This document shows, in pieces, positions 63,660 through 64,000 of a DNA stretch of 64,000 nt (positions within the stretch are counted from its first letter, which is position 1; every line of letters starts with the position of its first letter). The translations under genes and the position numbers were made by a program. The notes beneath the pieces were generated by a model, which was not told the origin of the DNA, made no database searches, and was given only the letters and a program-made list of their open reading frames with translations. The DNA is taken from assembly GCF_006345805.1 (NCBI RefSeq), contig NW_021832594.1:1-64000 (forward strand), written 5' to 3'. The DNA is from Octopus sinensis (Eukaryota).

Positions 63660-64000
63660 TACAATGCCGTATTTATGGCATAAAAGACACACCAGCATAT
63701 TCAACACACCCTAATCTCAGCTGTGCCTATTTTGGAAAAAGTAAGCATCAGGAACGAAATTAGTTTATGGGACCTGGGGTCACTTTTTGAGAGCTTTCTT
63801 TTATTAAAAATGTCTGTCTTCATTGGTAAATACAGTATTTAAACAGTATCGGTAAATACTGTTTATTTAAAGAATGCTGATCAGAAGAAATCTAACAATT
63901 AGAGCTAAACTTTTTCCAGGTGTAAAAAGTACAGCATGGGATCATTTGCAATGTTTTGTCAAAGAGTAAGTGATTCTTGGTCTTTTCATAAATATCTTTT

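Larger units (their letters stand above)
13810..64000. repeat. Large inverted segmental duplication (degenerate palindrome): left arm about 13810-32314, spacer 32315-32780, right arm 32781 to beyond 64000
   Basis: Colinear reverse-complement matches throughout: 32150-32314/32781-33000, 28790-28930/34330-34460, 27000-27900/41930-42760, 25960-26310/43720-44080, 22690-24350/49570-51250, 19620-21800/53700-56140, 18050-18740/56120-57850, 13830-15420/60700-64000. Confidence 0.95.

Noticed and set aside
13810-64000. The two arms as alleles/haplotigs or an assembly artefact
   Set aside because: Exons 1 and 7 and the promoters differ by roughly a fifth, each arm has private insertions with TSDs and matching empty sites, and there is a unique spacer. 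This fits a real old duplication, though long-read confirmation is still needed.

Overview
Eukaryotic, AT-rich, SINE-dense genomic DNA. The repeat repertoire resembles octopus/coleoid cephalopod (inference, not verified). The window is organised as a giant degenerate palindrome with its axis at about 32315-32780. Each arm carries a multi-exon gene for the kinetochore protein CENP-I (Mis6/Ctf3 family), and the two are transcribed head-to-head with ATGs 2.2 kb apart. Copy A (minus strand, ATG 31622) has 13 exons traced down to 3109 (478 codons) and continues beyond what I could trace. Copy B (plus strand, ATG 33851) has 8 exons to 61222 (311 codons), and the window ends just before its expected exon 9. 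Both copies keep open frames, identical exon lengths and phases, and GT-AG sites. By hand count they differ at 62/933 nt and 37/311 aa, very unevenly: exons 4 and 5 are identical while exons 1 and 7 differ by about 18-19%. This points to an old inverted duplication patchily homogenised by gene conversion. Introns hold many transposon relics, several arm-specific with visible filled/empty sites: tRNA-SINEs, non-autonomous Helitrons, mariner/Tc1/DD37D, hAT MITEs, a foldback element, and RTE, CR1, Tx1 and R4/Dong LINE pieces. There are also two decayed hammerhead-like motifs and an RTE-derived minisatellite. No rRNA, true tRNA or CRISPR was found. All alignments were done by eye; reference protein segments are recalled from memory, not searched.
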